From Piromyces finnis finn (taxonomy: Eukaryota; Fungi; Neocallimastigomycota), in NCBI GenBank assembly GCA_002104945.1, contig MCFH01000001.1, forward strand, positions 1,240,001 through 1,304,000: a DNA stretch of 64,000 nucleotides, given 5' to 3'. The translations under genes and the position numbers were made by a program. Every line of letters starts with the position of its first letter. Position 1 is the stretch's first letter. Below, one piece after another: positions 44,607-58,775 of the stretch. Below the pieces are notes generated by a model. That model ran no database searches. It was not told the DNA's origin and saw only the letters and a list, made by a program, of their open reading frames with translations.

Positions 44607-47600
44607 TTACCATACATTATAACTGTTAAATATTTCCTCTGAATTCAATTCATTGTTTAATACTATTTTTGAAGGTTTTTCTTTTACCTTTTGACCTTTT
44701 GAATAATCTTGTGGTTGAATAGAGGAATATAAATCATCTATAACTGCATTTTTATGAGCATCTGAATTTGATCTACTTTTTGAATGATTGGAATTATCAT
44801 ACATGGTACGATCAGACTGAGCTGTAAATGGAATGGTTCGAGGAAAATCATTAGAATTAGTACTACGAGTTGAATATCCATGATTTAACATCGTAGCGTC
44901 TGTATTATTTGTACCATTCATTGAAATATAGATTCTATTCGGTGGTGTTGGTGGACGAATAATTGATTTATAGTCATTAGTTTCCTTTCCTGTAAATTGG
45001 GTTAAATTAACAGATGGAAGACCGGTTTGATTATCAAGTACTGCCAAGGTTCTAACAAAATCTGGATTATTTGATTTTTTAGATTTCTTTTTCTTACCAA
45101 ATACTCTTTTTACATTTTTTATTTTGGATTTTTGAGAAATATTTTTATGTTTTGATTTCGGTGATATATCTCCCCCAGAATATATTGTTTTAACGCTCTT
45201 AGAATCACTACTAGTGATATTACTATCACCTAAATTATAAATCGGAATGGAAAAACTCATTCCATCTGGTGAATTTTCATGAAGGGTTGTCGGAGAATCT
45301 GCCATCGATATATCTGCATTTGTCATACCTGGAATAATTAAGTTCTTAAGTTTAAGATTACTGTCTTCATGATATATGTCTTCTATATTTTCACCATTTC
45401 CAATTCTAAATAATTGTTCATCTGTTAATATTCCATTATCACTTAAACTCTTATGACCTTCTTCATTAGTCCAATGCGGTATATAATTTTTAGAAGATTT
45501 ACTTCCATTATCTTGATTATTTAAATCTTTGAGAATTTGATTCATTTTTTGACTAGTAGATTTTTTTCTCTTAAAAATCCATAATGCCATTACAAATAAG
45601 CTAATAGCAACAAATGGTGCAAAATATAATACTACAGTTTCAACTGGTGCCTCTTTTATTTGTTCTAAAATATTACCAGTTAATGGAAACTTACTTTTAT
45701 AATCTTTACTACTATCACCATCCCCATGAACTGACGCGGATGATAATACTTTTGTATTGATTTTTTGATTACCACCCTTTGGAAAAGCTGTTGATGTTGG
45801 TTGAGTTTCATTTAACATCTTTGGAGATATAGTTTTTAATGTAACTCTATTTACTTTTATATTTTCAATATCCTCTATTCTCTTTGGTTCGTTTACAACT
45901 TTAGTATCAATCATTTTGGTATCTTGTATTTCCTTTGTTTCAGGTGTTTTAGTTTCTATTATTTTAGTATCTTGAATTTGTTTAGAATCTTGAATTTGTT
46001 TAGAATCTTGAATTTGTTTAGAATCTTGAATTTGTTTTGCATCTTGAACTTGCTTTGTTTCAGGTGTATTTTTAGTCTCAATATTTTTTGTGTCCAACTG
46101 TTTTGTTTCTTGAACAGTTTTTGTAGAAGATTGAGGTGCTTTGGTATCAAGTTTTTTTGCATCAAGTTTTTTCGTATCTTCGATTTTTTCAATTCCACCT
46201 AATATATTTTGACCAGTTGGAAAGCCTATAATTGGTAATCCGTTATCAGGTTTTTGATTTTCTTTATTTAATTCATTTAATTTTTTTGTTTGTTCTTTTG
46301 GATTATTTATTTCTAAATTGTTTTTTGGTGAATTATTAGGTAGCAAAGGTATATTATTATTAGACGGTATGTCTGTACGCTTTGTCGGAATAGATGCTAT
46401 ATTAGTTGGTTTCTCATTATGCTTTGTTTTATCTGGTTGTGTTGGATATATAGTAAAGTTTGGTTCAACTTTGGTTTCACTATTTTTATTATGTTCTTCA
46501 ATGTGCTTTGCAGATTCATTTAAATATTTAATAAAGTTAGGATCATTCCATATAAACTTTGATGGATTGAAATAACTTGGTGGAATTGGAGGCCAACATA
46601 AAGGTGGACTCGTTGGCCAAGCTTGTGGATATGGTAATGTTGGAGGCCACATTGGTGGCGGAGTTAAAGGCCAATTTGATGGTCTTTGTTGAGGCCAGTA
46701 ATTTATATTTACTGGTGCATTACCTGATTGAACCCATTTCTGTGCTTCTTTATTATTAAATCCATTATTGTAAAACTTATTAGAGAAATCACACCATAAT
46801 CCAAATGATTTCATATCTTCTTTATTAGTTTCATCATTTGACTTATTGAAAAAATCACCAAAATTAAAGTTTTGATTTTTAATTCTTTCATTAGGATTCC
46901 ATATATTGTTTTTGTTTTCATTTTTATCACCTGTATCATTTCCTTGCTTATTATCATTGGATTCTGAATTTAACTTTGAACTGGATGTTGATGTTTTATC
47001 ATTATTATTTTTTAATTCTTGGTTGTTATTTTCCCATGGAATATATGGAAATCCAAAAAAGCTATTTTTACTTGAATATTTTTCTGTTGCTGATTCAATT
47101 ATTTTTTTATTAGCTAATCCAAAATCTTTATCTAAATTTGTATTAATTAATTACCAAATAATTTTATATTATTAAATTTTGTTTTAAAAATGAAATAAAT
47201 TTTAATATTATATGAAAATATATTCATTTCTGTTACCATTGCCTTCTATTTCTGGAGGATTACTAAGCCATTGAAAACTATTGTTATTATTAACATTATT
47301 TTCCTTTTCAGACAATGAATTTTTTTCATTTTCTCCCCAATGGAAAGTTGGAAATCCAAAATTGTTTTTATCATTTTTATTATATAAATTTTTTACTGAG
47401 AAAGTTCCATCATTTTTATTTTCAATTTTATCATTAAATTTCCATTCAAATGTTGGAATATTAAACTTTAGTTTTTCATTTTTATCATTTATATTTGTTT
47501 CATCATTTGTAGGATTTGGTTTAATTTTATCATTAATAAATAATTGAATATCGGGTATGTTTTGATTTTTTTGATTTAATGGAAAATTTGATTTGTTTTC

Positions 47601-47924
47601 TATACTATTGTTCTTTTTAGAATTTAAATTTTCTTTTGAAGTTTCACTACTCAACCATTGAGAATTATCTTTGCTCCTTGGCAAATATGTTTTTGATGAA
47701 TAAATATCTTTTTCGGATTTTTCTAATTCTCTTGAATTCAAATAATGAATATTATCATTTACATTATTGTTATTTTCATTTTCATTATTATAAATATATT
47801 CTTCGAAGTGTTTTTCATCTTTTTTACTTATATTATCTTCTTTGGTATCAAGTTTAGATTGCTTATTAATATATTTATTATATGAATTTGTAAATATATC
47901 TGAAATATTTAGATTTAAATTCAT
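44607..47924 (-). CDS. Orphan ~1,070-aa single-pass membrane protein with Trp-Pro-rich and hexapeptide repeats
   Basis: ORF 47924-47208 splices (GTAACA...TTTAG, intron ~47236-47131) into an open frame continuous with ORF 46814-44607. One hydrophobic segment, VVLYFAPFVAISLFVMALWIF, is followed by KRKK. The true N-terminus/signal exon is unresolved. Confidence 0.7.
45969..46058 (-). repeat. 18-bp coding repeat (DSKQIQ / DAKQIQ units)
   Basis: Tandem ATCTTGAATTTGTTTAGA units on the plus strand. Confidence 0.9.
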
Positions 47925-50766
47925 TTTTGTATTGTTATTATTACTACTTAAAATATTATTTATTATTATATTTTCATAAGATAAATTAATTTAATTTGTA
48001 TTATTTAATTTTACTTTGTATTTTTATATAAAAATTTATTAAAGAATTGATAAAATAGAAACGAAATCTTCAGAATTTCTAAAGAAAAAAAAAAACTTTA
48101 TTTATTCTTTAAAAAATAATAACTTTCATTTAATTATCTGGTATTTAACTAATTATAGAGATTATGAATATTCTGATTATGAAATTAAAAATAAAAAGAA
48201 AAAAGAAAACTATATATTAGATGTAATTGTCTTTTATATATACTGTAATTTGTAAAATTATTTGATATCTTTTTTCTTTTTCTTTTTTTTTATTCAATTA
48301 TATAAGAGTAATAACTTATTTCATCTTATGTTTTAATGTTTTATAATATAATATTTAAAATTTTAAAATTTTAAAAAAAAATAAAAATTTATGGAAAAAA
48401 AAAAAATAATAATAATAATAAATAAATATAATTATAAATTATAGGGGATATATAATATATAAGTATTTAAATGATTAATTTTTTAAACTTTATTAATAAT
48501 AATAAAATTATATATTTGATGCATAAGAATTAATTACAAATATAATAATTTGGTGTTGAAAAAATAAGGCAACAAACAGTTATTTCTTTTTTTTAAAAAA
48601 AAAAGAAAAAAAAATTATATTGATATACATAATATTATTTTACAAGTTAATATTTTTTCATTTCAATAAAGCTTAATATAGCAGCTAATAACAGATAATT
48701 TCAAATTGTTTTTTGTATATTTATAATAATATTAAGGGTGCATTCATCATATAACAATGAAATTAAGATTTTTATTTAGGAACAAATCCTGTTTAGAATC
48801 AAGCTCATATAACCCATATAGATGGTAGGAGGTAATTAAGTATAATAATAATTAAAAATAAAAATTTTAATTGAATTTATATTTAAAACCATAATAATAA
48901 AAATTAATTATTATTTAAAGTTCTATTAATAAAGTCTGATTTTGTTATAAAAATAAAACTTTAAATTATATAATTAATATAAGAATCAATTTGCTATATG
49001 CAGCCACAATTATTTATTATTAATATCATACTAATAAAAAATTCATAATACAAATTATAATATTATATAATAATGTTGATTGGATAATAATAAATTAAAT
49101 TTAATATATAAAGTAAAATATATTATTATCCAATCATTTGTATTCATAATTAATAAATTTAAATTATATATTATAATATTATCACTATATTATCATTTTC
49201 TATTAAAAAATACAAGAATATTTTTGTCATACTTTTTAAACACATTTTAATTTATATCAAATTTTATCACATTATTTTTAAAAAAAATATATTTATTTAA
49301 GTTTATAATAATTTATTATATTGTGGCTTATTAATTTTATATCTATATAGTAGTCTAATCCTTGAAAATGATTATTTTGAAAGGTTTATTATAATTAAAA
49401 TTATAAAATGATAATAACTTTTGGTATTAACAGTAAATTCTTTCAATAAAATATTATATATATACAAGTCTAATTTAATTTAATAAAAATATATTGCTGT
49501 ATCATATTGTATCAACAGATTGGAGTGGTATTTGCTTAATTAAATAAAAGAAACTAGTTTCTAATTATTCTATCATCTATCTTAACTTTATAGTTCTCTT
49601 TCTAACGCTTTATAAAAACTTTTAAAATTAGAAATTCTATAAAATAATTTATTATTGAGTGTCTCCAAATTTTAAAAATTCTTGGTTAAATTTTTTTTTA
49701 AAAAAAAAATGAATCAAAAATTTAATAAAAAAAATAATTATTTTAACTAGCTAAAATTCAAATTCTTATTTTTAAATTTTTATTTTATTATAAAGTTTCG
49801 CTTAAATGTATTATTCATAATAAAAAGTATAATAATAAAAATATATAAATATAAATATAATATTAATAATTTAATAATTTTATTAATATAAAAGGATTTT
49901 ATATTTATTGTGCAAAAAATTAAATCATCATGAATATAGCATCTTAATTATCTTAACAATTTTTTATTAACATATATACTAATATTTTCTATATATTTAT
50001 ATGAAAAGAGAAAATATTTAAATATTTTAATTACTAAATATTATTTTTGATCATATTATAAATAATTATTTTTATTAGCAATTATTAGTATATAACATAT
50101 AAGGAAATAAAAATAATCCATGTTTTTTTCAATAAATAGATAAAAATAATAAGAATTCTTTGACTATTTAACAATGAGATTATTATTTATAATAATAAAA
50201 AAAAAATGGATATTTAAATAATAAATATTAATAAATAATTAAACATTTTAAAAAAAAAGGTTTTTGTTTTATTTTTATAATTTGAAATGAAGAGGATAAA
50301 TTAAAATAAAAAAGAGGAATGATTTAAATCATTTAAAATACTTAAAGTTTTTTAAGTTGTTAAAATAAATAAGATAAAGTTAAAAATAAATTTAAAAGTA
50401 TTATTATATAATATTAATATAATTCTTAAGGAAAATTATATTATATATACTATTATATATTATACAAGGTTAAAAAAAAATAAAGATAATAATATTTTGA
50501 AAGCATTTTGAAAAAAAAGTAAATATAAAATTATATATATTAAAATTTATGAAAAAATTTTATTTATAATTATTATTTTTACACTATGTAAAATATTAAT
50601 ATATAAATTTAAAAATATATATATTTTGTTATTTTTTAAATAACATGAAAATTAACTAAAAAAAAAGATGTGTTATATTTTTAATTTATCATTGCTTATT
50701 TATATTAATTATATTTAAAACTTGTTTTATATTTGATTATATAATAAAAGAAATAATACAATTAAA

Positions 50767-53302
50767 ATGAGGAATAAAATACATTTCTTCTTATTATTAT
50801 TATTATATATAATAATAAGGAATATAAGGAAAAGCTATGCAGAAATTAGCAATATTAATTATACAATAGATATAATAAAAGATAATAAAAAAACGGATAG
50901 ATATCAACTTACATTTAATTATTCCACATATCTATTTAATGAAGTTAATTCTCTTTTTACTTTGTATGTTTAAATATACTTCTTTTATATATTCACTTAT
51001 TTAACTTTATTCATATACATTATGTAAATTTTAGGGAAGAAGAAGAAGCCATAATATGTAATTCAAAAGATATTGATAAATCTGAAGAAGATAAGACAAC
51101 AATACTTTTTTGGGTTCCTACTTACTCCTTTAGTATTATTGTACTATTATTTAATGCATTCCCAATTTGGGAAAATAAACATAGAGATAATGGAAAACCT
51201 TTTTGTATGAGAATAAAAGATGTTGGGTGGTAAATACTAATGACATAAAAAACCAACTCTCTATATATATATATTAATTAACAACTATTCATCATTCATA
51301 AATAGGGTAGATAATGCAAATAAAGAAATTTGCACAAATGATGATCCCAATAATGAAGATTTATCATGTCCAGATTTAATTTTACTTGGAACAACTCAAG
51401 TACTATTTAAAAAACATTAATGAATATTTTCAATAATAATATACACTCTTATGTAAAAATCTTTATAAATTAACAATTCCTTTTATTATAGTTTTCATAT
51501 AGATATAGTAAAAATGATACATTAAACCTTGAAAAATATTTTAGAGAATACTTTAAAAAAAAAGGATATTCATTGGAAAGTTTAATGAATAAATATTCAA
51601 TGTATGATTGTAAGTAATTCAGTATAACATTAAATAACTAATCATTAAATTATTATTGTTAATATTCTAAAAAAAAATTTCTATACTGTACATATAATTA
51701 GATCACCTTGGAAATAGTTGGTTAGCCATTCCATTTATTGTTGATTTTAGAACTCTTAAATTTAATGTTACAACATTTGATTATTGTAAAAGTAAAGGAT
51801 ATGACCTTCATTATCCACCTGTAATATGCATATATATAATAATTTTTAATAATTTATTTTAATAAATCTAATATAAAATTTATATTTTATATTTCTCCTT
51901 TTAGCCATTTGAAAAAGATTATTGGTATATGTTATTTATTTTAAGAAAATAATATTCATATATTATCTTTAATTAAAACAAATTATTGATTTCTTAAATA
52001 TGAATATAAATATTATATATATGTTTTTAATCATACAAATAAGGGGACCCAATTACAAAGAGAAGGTATATAAAAATTAAAATTCTCTCTTAATACAAAA
52101 TGCATATACACCATAAAAAATTTAAATAAATATATTTAGATATTCATGCTATAATTTAAATATAAATACATAGTGGACTTGGGAAAAAGTATTTGAATAT
52201 TCAAAACTTATTACTGAATGCACTCAAAAACCTGGTTTTCAACTTCCATCTGGTTGTTCATATGAAGGTAAAAATATTAATATTATAATATATTTTATTT
52301 AATATATTTGCTAATTAATTTATTGATATAATCTTTACTTTTATCATTCAAAGATACAAAATTTTTTATAACCCTTTGTCAATCAATGAATATTCCATTT
52401 ATCACAGAAGATTCAGAAAGTGAAGTTAAAAAATGTGGTTTTCGAGACTATTCCGAAAAATTTTCCTTTTTGAAAGTTTTTTTTGAGAATCATTATGTAT
52501 ATATAAATTTAAACATATATGAATGACATGTTATTATAATTTTATAATGTTTAACTTTCGAATATTAATATTGCGATTTTTTTATATTACAGATTAGAAA
52601 ATGGTTAAATGAAGAACAAGTGTGGAAATGGAGAAATGAAACTTATCCAGATTCTATTGAAAAGCAGCCATTATTTAGAGGTGATATAATAAATATTGAT
52701 GAAAATATTAATGGAATTAAATTCTCTACACCGATAGAAGAAGTAATACTCATAATTAAATATTAAAACATTGTACAATTTATATATTAATTATTATATA
52801 CTTTTAATAATATTATATTAGAGCAAACCGAATATCAAATATACAGTAAATATATCATTATGTTATTTAAATAAAAAAAAATGGTTTTTATAATATGTAT
52901 AATAATTATGAAAAAAATATTAATTTATGAATATATCCTTATAATAATTTATTTTAATAGCATTTTCCAGGAACCACAACATGTAAGTTTAAATAAATTT
53001 CTATTATTGCTAGTTTCACTAAGTATTCATTATTAAAAAAATATATTTAAAAATAGTTCTTGGTGGTTCAGGTAATAGAAATTAAATAAATATTTAATCA
53101 TCATTTTATATTATATTAGTCAGTAATATAAATTAATGTATATTAATATTAACATAGGTATTATCATTACAAAAAAAACCAAATATCCTGACGAATTATT
53201 TGAATATATTGAAATTTTAATAAGTGAAGAATATCCATATGTTTCTTTAACAAATCCTAGTGTAACGGTAAGCTTTATTCCCCTTTTTGATAAATAATAA
53301 TA

Positions 53303-53356
<54 letters not shown>

Positions 53357-55674
53357 GTAAATAAATAAATAAATAATATATTATATTATATTATATAGCC
53401 ATTTGAAAATGTTCGTGGGAATCAGTAAGAAATATTTCTTCTTTTTTAATTAGAAGTTAATTATATAAGCTGATTATTAATTTAATTGTATAATATTTTA
53501 AATAACATAATTATGTAGATGTAAATATCAATCAAAAACTAAAAGGGAATTATGTAATTCATTACTACAGTCAAATGGAACATATCCATATTATTTTTCG
53601 TATAATAATAATAATAATTTAAATGTTATTTATATAACACAAAATTCGTTTGGAGAAAATAAAGGGATTTCAATAAATACAAAAAATTCAATGAATTCTG
53701 GAATATTTAATAATATATTTCATGACGCGGATTACATATGTGATGATGAAACAGATTTTCAAAATAATAAAATAACATATAACAGTGAATATAAAATAGA
53801 GCTCAAGATTAATGAAGATGAAACAATATTATTGAAATCCATGACTGACATAGTTTCCAACCAAGAACAATCACTTGATGATATATGCTCAATTTTTGAT
53901 GAAACCATAAAAAATGCAAAACCTTATCAAGTATATACTTAAATATATATAAATCATTTATTATAAAATTACACAAAACTAAATTTACATATTAACTTAA
54001 TTAATCTTCAATGTTTAAAGTTTCCATATAGTACATTGTATGTTAAAATTTTAAATTATAATTTTTAATCAGACTATTATGTATTAATATATTTATTATA
54101 TAACATTATGTTAGTGGTGAAATTAATATTTTTGAATATAGAGCTCCGATTTCACTTATGCTATCACATTTTTATTATAAGCATAACGATACTGAAAGTT
54201 CTCTTAAAGATATTATTAATGAATGTTGTGATATTATTGATGATACTTTTCTTCCAAGATGTAGTGAATCTAAAAATATAAAATTTAAACTTAGTGAATG
54301 TGATACAAAAAGGCATAAACAAAAAATTATCTTCATAAATTGTAAAATTGATAATGAAGATATAAAAAATGAAATTAGCTGTTCATATATACCATATAGT
54401 AATTATAAGGGAATTATAATTGAAATTTATGATTTGTTGTCTTTTTTTTTTGAATTAATTTCTTTAATCATTCTAATCATGTAATATTATATTATAGATA
54501 TATAATATATGTTTTTATCTTTATTAAGTATTTATATTTAAATCCTTTTATATTCTTATTGCCATAATTATATAGAAAACGTGATGATAGACACATTCGT
54601 AAAGGTATAAAATTTTTAGTTGGAATCATTATTTCAAGTATGTTATTGGATATATCAGTTATATTCTGGATTGGAAAATATTCACATTCTAAATGCATTA
54701 TTAAATTTTGGATGTTAATTTGTGGGGTAATTTGAATATAATAAAATTAAAAAAAAAAATTAATTATAACTATTCATTTCATTTTAACACCTATTTATAA
54801 CACAGATGACAGGTTTTATAAGTTCATATTCAATTAAAGCAGAAATTATTATTTCAGTATTTAAAAATAGGAGTTTAAAAAAATCAAATAATAAATATAG
54901 AAGTTATTTTGTATATATTCTTATAAGTATAATTGAACTAGTTTTATTAAGTATATGGACATTTGGTAATAAAATAGAAAAAAGAATAGCCTATATTGAG
55001 AATATTGGATATTATGAGTATGATTCATGCTCTCTTGGTAGTGAAGGAATTTTAACAATGATATTTGTCGTTGAATTTTCTTTATTAGGACTATCAATTA
55101 TTATGGCATACCTAGGAAAAAATAGTAAGTATTCTTTATTATAGAATTTCCATTATGAATTTAATATTTATTTATTCTATAATTCAATAATTAATTGATA
55201 GTCCCGGCTGCATTTAATGAGGTAATTATATATATAATAAAATATAAACATAATAATTACAGTACATATTAAAAATTAAATTATTTATATATTAAAGTCA
55301 AAAAAAATATTTATAACTTCATTATTAAGTATTTTTGTGGTAAGTTTATGCATAAAATATATAGATTAATTTAAAGTAATATTATTAGTATTTATTAATA
55401 TTTGATCTTAATTATTTAATTGTTTAATTACATTATAAATTGATAGATTTTATCAAGTTATATATCAGTTATATTTAAAACGGAGAACACAAATATTGAC
55501 TATTTTATGGTATTAATAATTATTACTATTACTTTAATTATTAATATTGTTTTTATTGGTCAAACATTTTTGGTTTTGTTTGACATAACAATAAGTGATA
55601 ATACCTCAGTTCTTGTGGTAGTTAGTAACTTAAACAAAGAAGAAATAAAAATGTCAAATTTTTCATCTGGATAG
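50767..55674 (+). CDS. Class C-like 7TM GPCR with N-terminal bacterial-type extracellular solute-binding (SBP family 1-like) domain, paralogue A
   Basis: About 23 exons join in frame: signal peptide; CPDLILLGTTQ; WLAIPFIVDFRTLKFN; YPP..WTWEKVFEYSK; LGGSGIIITK; Cys-rich linker; seven hydrophobic segments with KCIIKFW (TM3 Cys), IELVLLSIW, YDSC (ECL2), PAAFNESKKIF; TAG 55672-55674. Confidence 0.85.
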
Positions 55675-56536
55675 TTAAAAATATAAAAATTAATAATATA
55701 TTTATAAAAAATATTAGAAATTTATAATTTAATAATTTTCAATATAATAATCTATTAATTAAACTTGAATATAATATTTATATTATCAATAACTTTTATT
55801 TTTTTTCAATAATAAATAATATTATTTATTTAAAATAAATAAATGAAAAAAAAATTAAATTATTTAAGTAAACCAATAAATAAATAAATGTATAAAAAAA
55901 AAGTTAAAATAATAAAAAGTGCCCAAGTATGAATAAATTTTTATCTTTTCTTTATATTAATATTGTTTTTAATATAAAGAAAAGATAAAAAAAAATAGTA
56001 ATTTTAAAATTATTTATTAAAATTCAATATAAATATATAAATATAGGGTTCTGTTATAAAAATGATATTTATAAAGACTTTGAGAGGGAGGTTTTGTATT
56101 TACTTCTCTATGATCTTTTATTTTCTATCTTGTCATGAACTTTTCTTTATTATTTTCTATTATTTATACTATTTATAAATGATTATTTCACCTATTAAAA
56201 TGATATATAACTTTTATAATATAATATACAAAATATTATAAAAATATGACATATGGGATTAATAAGAGTTAATTAATAATTTTCTTATTTGTAATAAGTG
56301 ATATAAAGGCACACAAAATTCTATATGAACTATATAAAATATTAAACTTAATTATTAGCTATTTCTAGTGTTTCCTACATTCATAATACATTATATAAAA
56401 TTTCATTACATTATGTATATGTTGTTTGTTTAGATTTTTGAAATATTATGTTTCTTATTTAAATCTAATTTAATAATTATATTTATATTTTATTATTCTT
56501 TTATATCAATTATATGGCAGAAAAGTATTTTATAAA

Positions 56537-58744
56537 ATGCTATTTAAATTAAATGATATACTACTATATATTATAATTTTAAGTATAAAGATAAAATCAT
56601 GTCTTGCTTTATCTTCAGATAATAGTAATAAACCTCTTCATTTTATTTTGGATTTTTACGATACTTATGATGAACATTTTCATTATAATTACACATATAA
56701 TTATTCAACTAATATGTTTAATGAATATGAAAATATAAAAAATTTGTATGTTCATAAAATAATTATAGTTTATGTAAATTATGACAATCCTTTTTATATA
56801 CAAAATAAATATTAATATTTAAAAAATATTTTATAGTTATAGCGTACAATCATTTGTAATATGTAGTGATGAAGATTATGGAAAAAAAGATATAAATACT
56901 TTATTATTTTGGAATGCTCCATATACATATTATTTTGAAATACAGGCAGCTATTGTAAATGCTTTTCCAATATGGCTAAATATGCAAAGAAAAGAAAGAG
57001 GAATGTCATTTTGTTTAGAATTATACAATTCCGGATGGTATATTTATTATTTACAAAATAATTATAACCGGACCTCATATTGACATTGTAAAAATAAATT
57101 GATAGGGTTGATAATGTTAATAAAGAAATTTGTACAGATGATCCATCAACACCATGCCCTGATATTATAATGCTTGGAACAACACAAGTATAAATTAATA
57201 ATATTCTATACTAATTAAATAATTATATATTAATAATAATTGTATGTTAATTTTTTTTTTTTACAGTTCGCAGCTAGAATTAATGATTCCCTAAATTTAA
57301 ATAAATATTTTAAGCTGTACCTAAAAAGACATGGAAAATCTATTGAAAGCATGATAAATAAATATTCATATTATGATTGTATGATTAAACATTTCAATAT
57401 ATTTAATATTAAAAAAATATTATTTAAACAATAGTCATTTATAAATTAAATTTGATTATAACTTATTAATCATTATAGATCATCTCGATAATAGCTGGTT
57501 AGCTATTCCATTATTAACTGATTTTAGAATTTTTCAATTTAATATGACAACATTTGATTATTGTATAAATAAAAACTATGATCTTAAATATCCACCTGTA
57601 AAATAGGATTATAGAATTATAATTAAAAATGTTTTTTCATTAAAAATATTAAATTTAAATCATTTTATTAAATATACTTCTATATAAAAATTATATATTT
57701 GTATGTATAACATTTATCATTTATAGCCATATAACATGGATTATTGGTTAGTTTAGTTTTTTTTCTTTTTTTACTTAATACTAAAATAATGCTAGTTTTT
57801 TTTTTTTTTTTTTTTTTTTTGCTATATAATAATTTAAAAATTAATTAATATAATTATATATAATTATAGGGGTGAAAATTATAAAGAAAAGGTATATATT
57901 TGATTTTATTTCATTGTTATCAAGTTATTAATCGTAATATATTAAAATACTATAATGCTTTAAATCATTTTATATATAAGTGGACATGGAATAAAGTTTT
58001 GGAATATTCAAAAATGATTACAGAATGTACAAATAAACCAGGATTTAGTATAAGTAGAAGTAATTCATACGAAGGTATAATTAATTTAAAAAATTATTGA
58101 AAAAACTATATACTATAATATTGATATGTATTTTTTATATTTAAAAAAGATACAAAACTATTTATAATAATATGTCAAAGTCTAGGGATTCCATTTTTCA
58201 CTGAAGACAACGATGGTACAAAAAAGTGTGGCTTCAGAAAAAAGGAATATATTGAAAAACTATCACTAGTTAAAGATTTATTTGAAAACAAATATGTAAA
58301 CATAATATATATAAATAAATAGAATTAAAAAACTAAAATAATTAGTAAAATACTTATATATAATATTTAAATAAAATAGATTGAGAAATGGTTAGTAGAA
58401 GACCAAGTATGGGAATGGAGAAATAATTCATACCCAAAAAATATTGATGAACAACCAATATTTAGAATTTATGAAAGTGAAGATTATACAGATGGAATTA
58501 AAATAAACGGACTTCATTTTGTAGCGTCGTATACTGATGTAATTAATACCATAAACAAAAATATTGCATAAAGACTATATAATAATAAGAATAAAAATAA
58601 TAATAATAATTAATCATAAATACTTTATTTTCTCATATATTAGAAATGTCCTGATGTTAAAACAGTCGTATGATTAAAAAATATTATAAAAATAAATTAA
58701 TAATGATAAAAATATTATTATATTTATATATTAATATTTTAATA

Positions 58745-58775
<31 letters not shown>

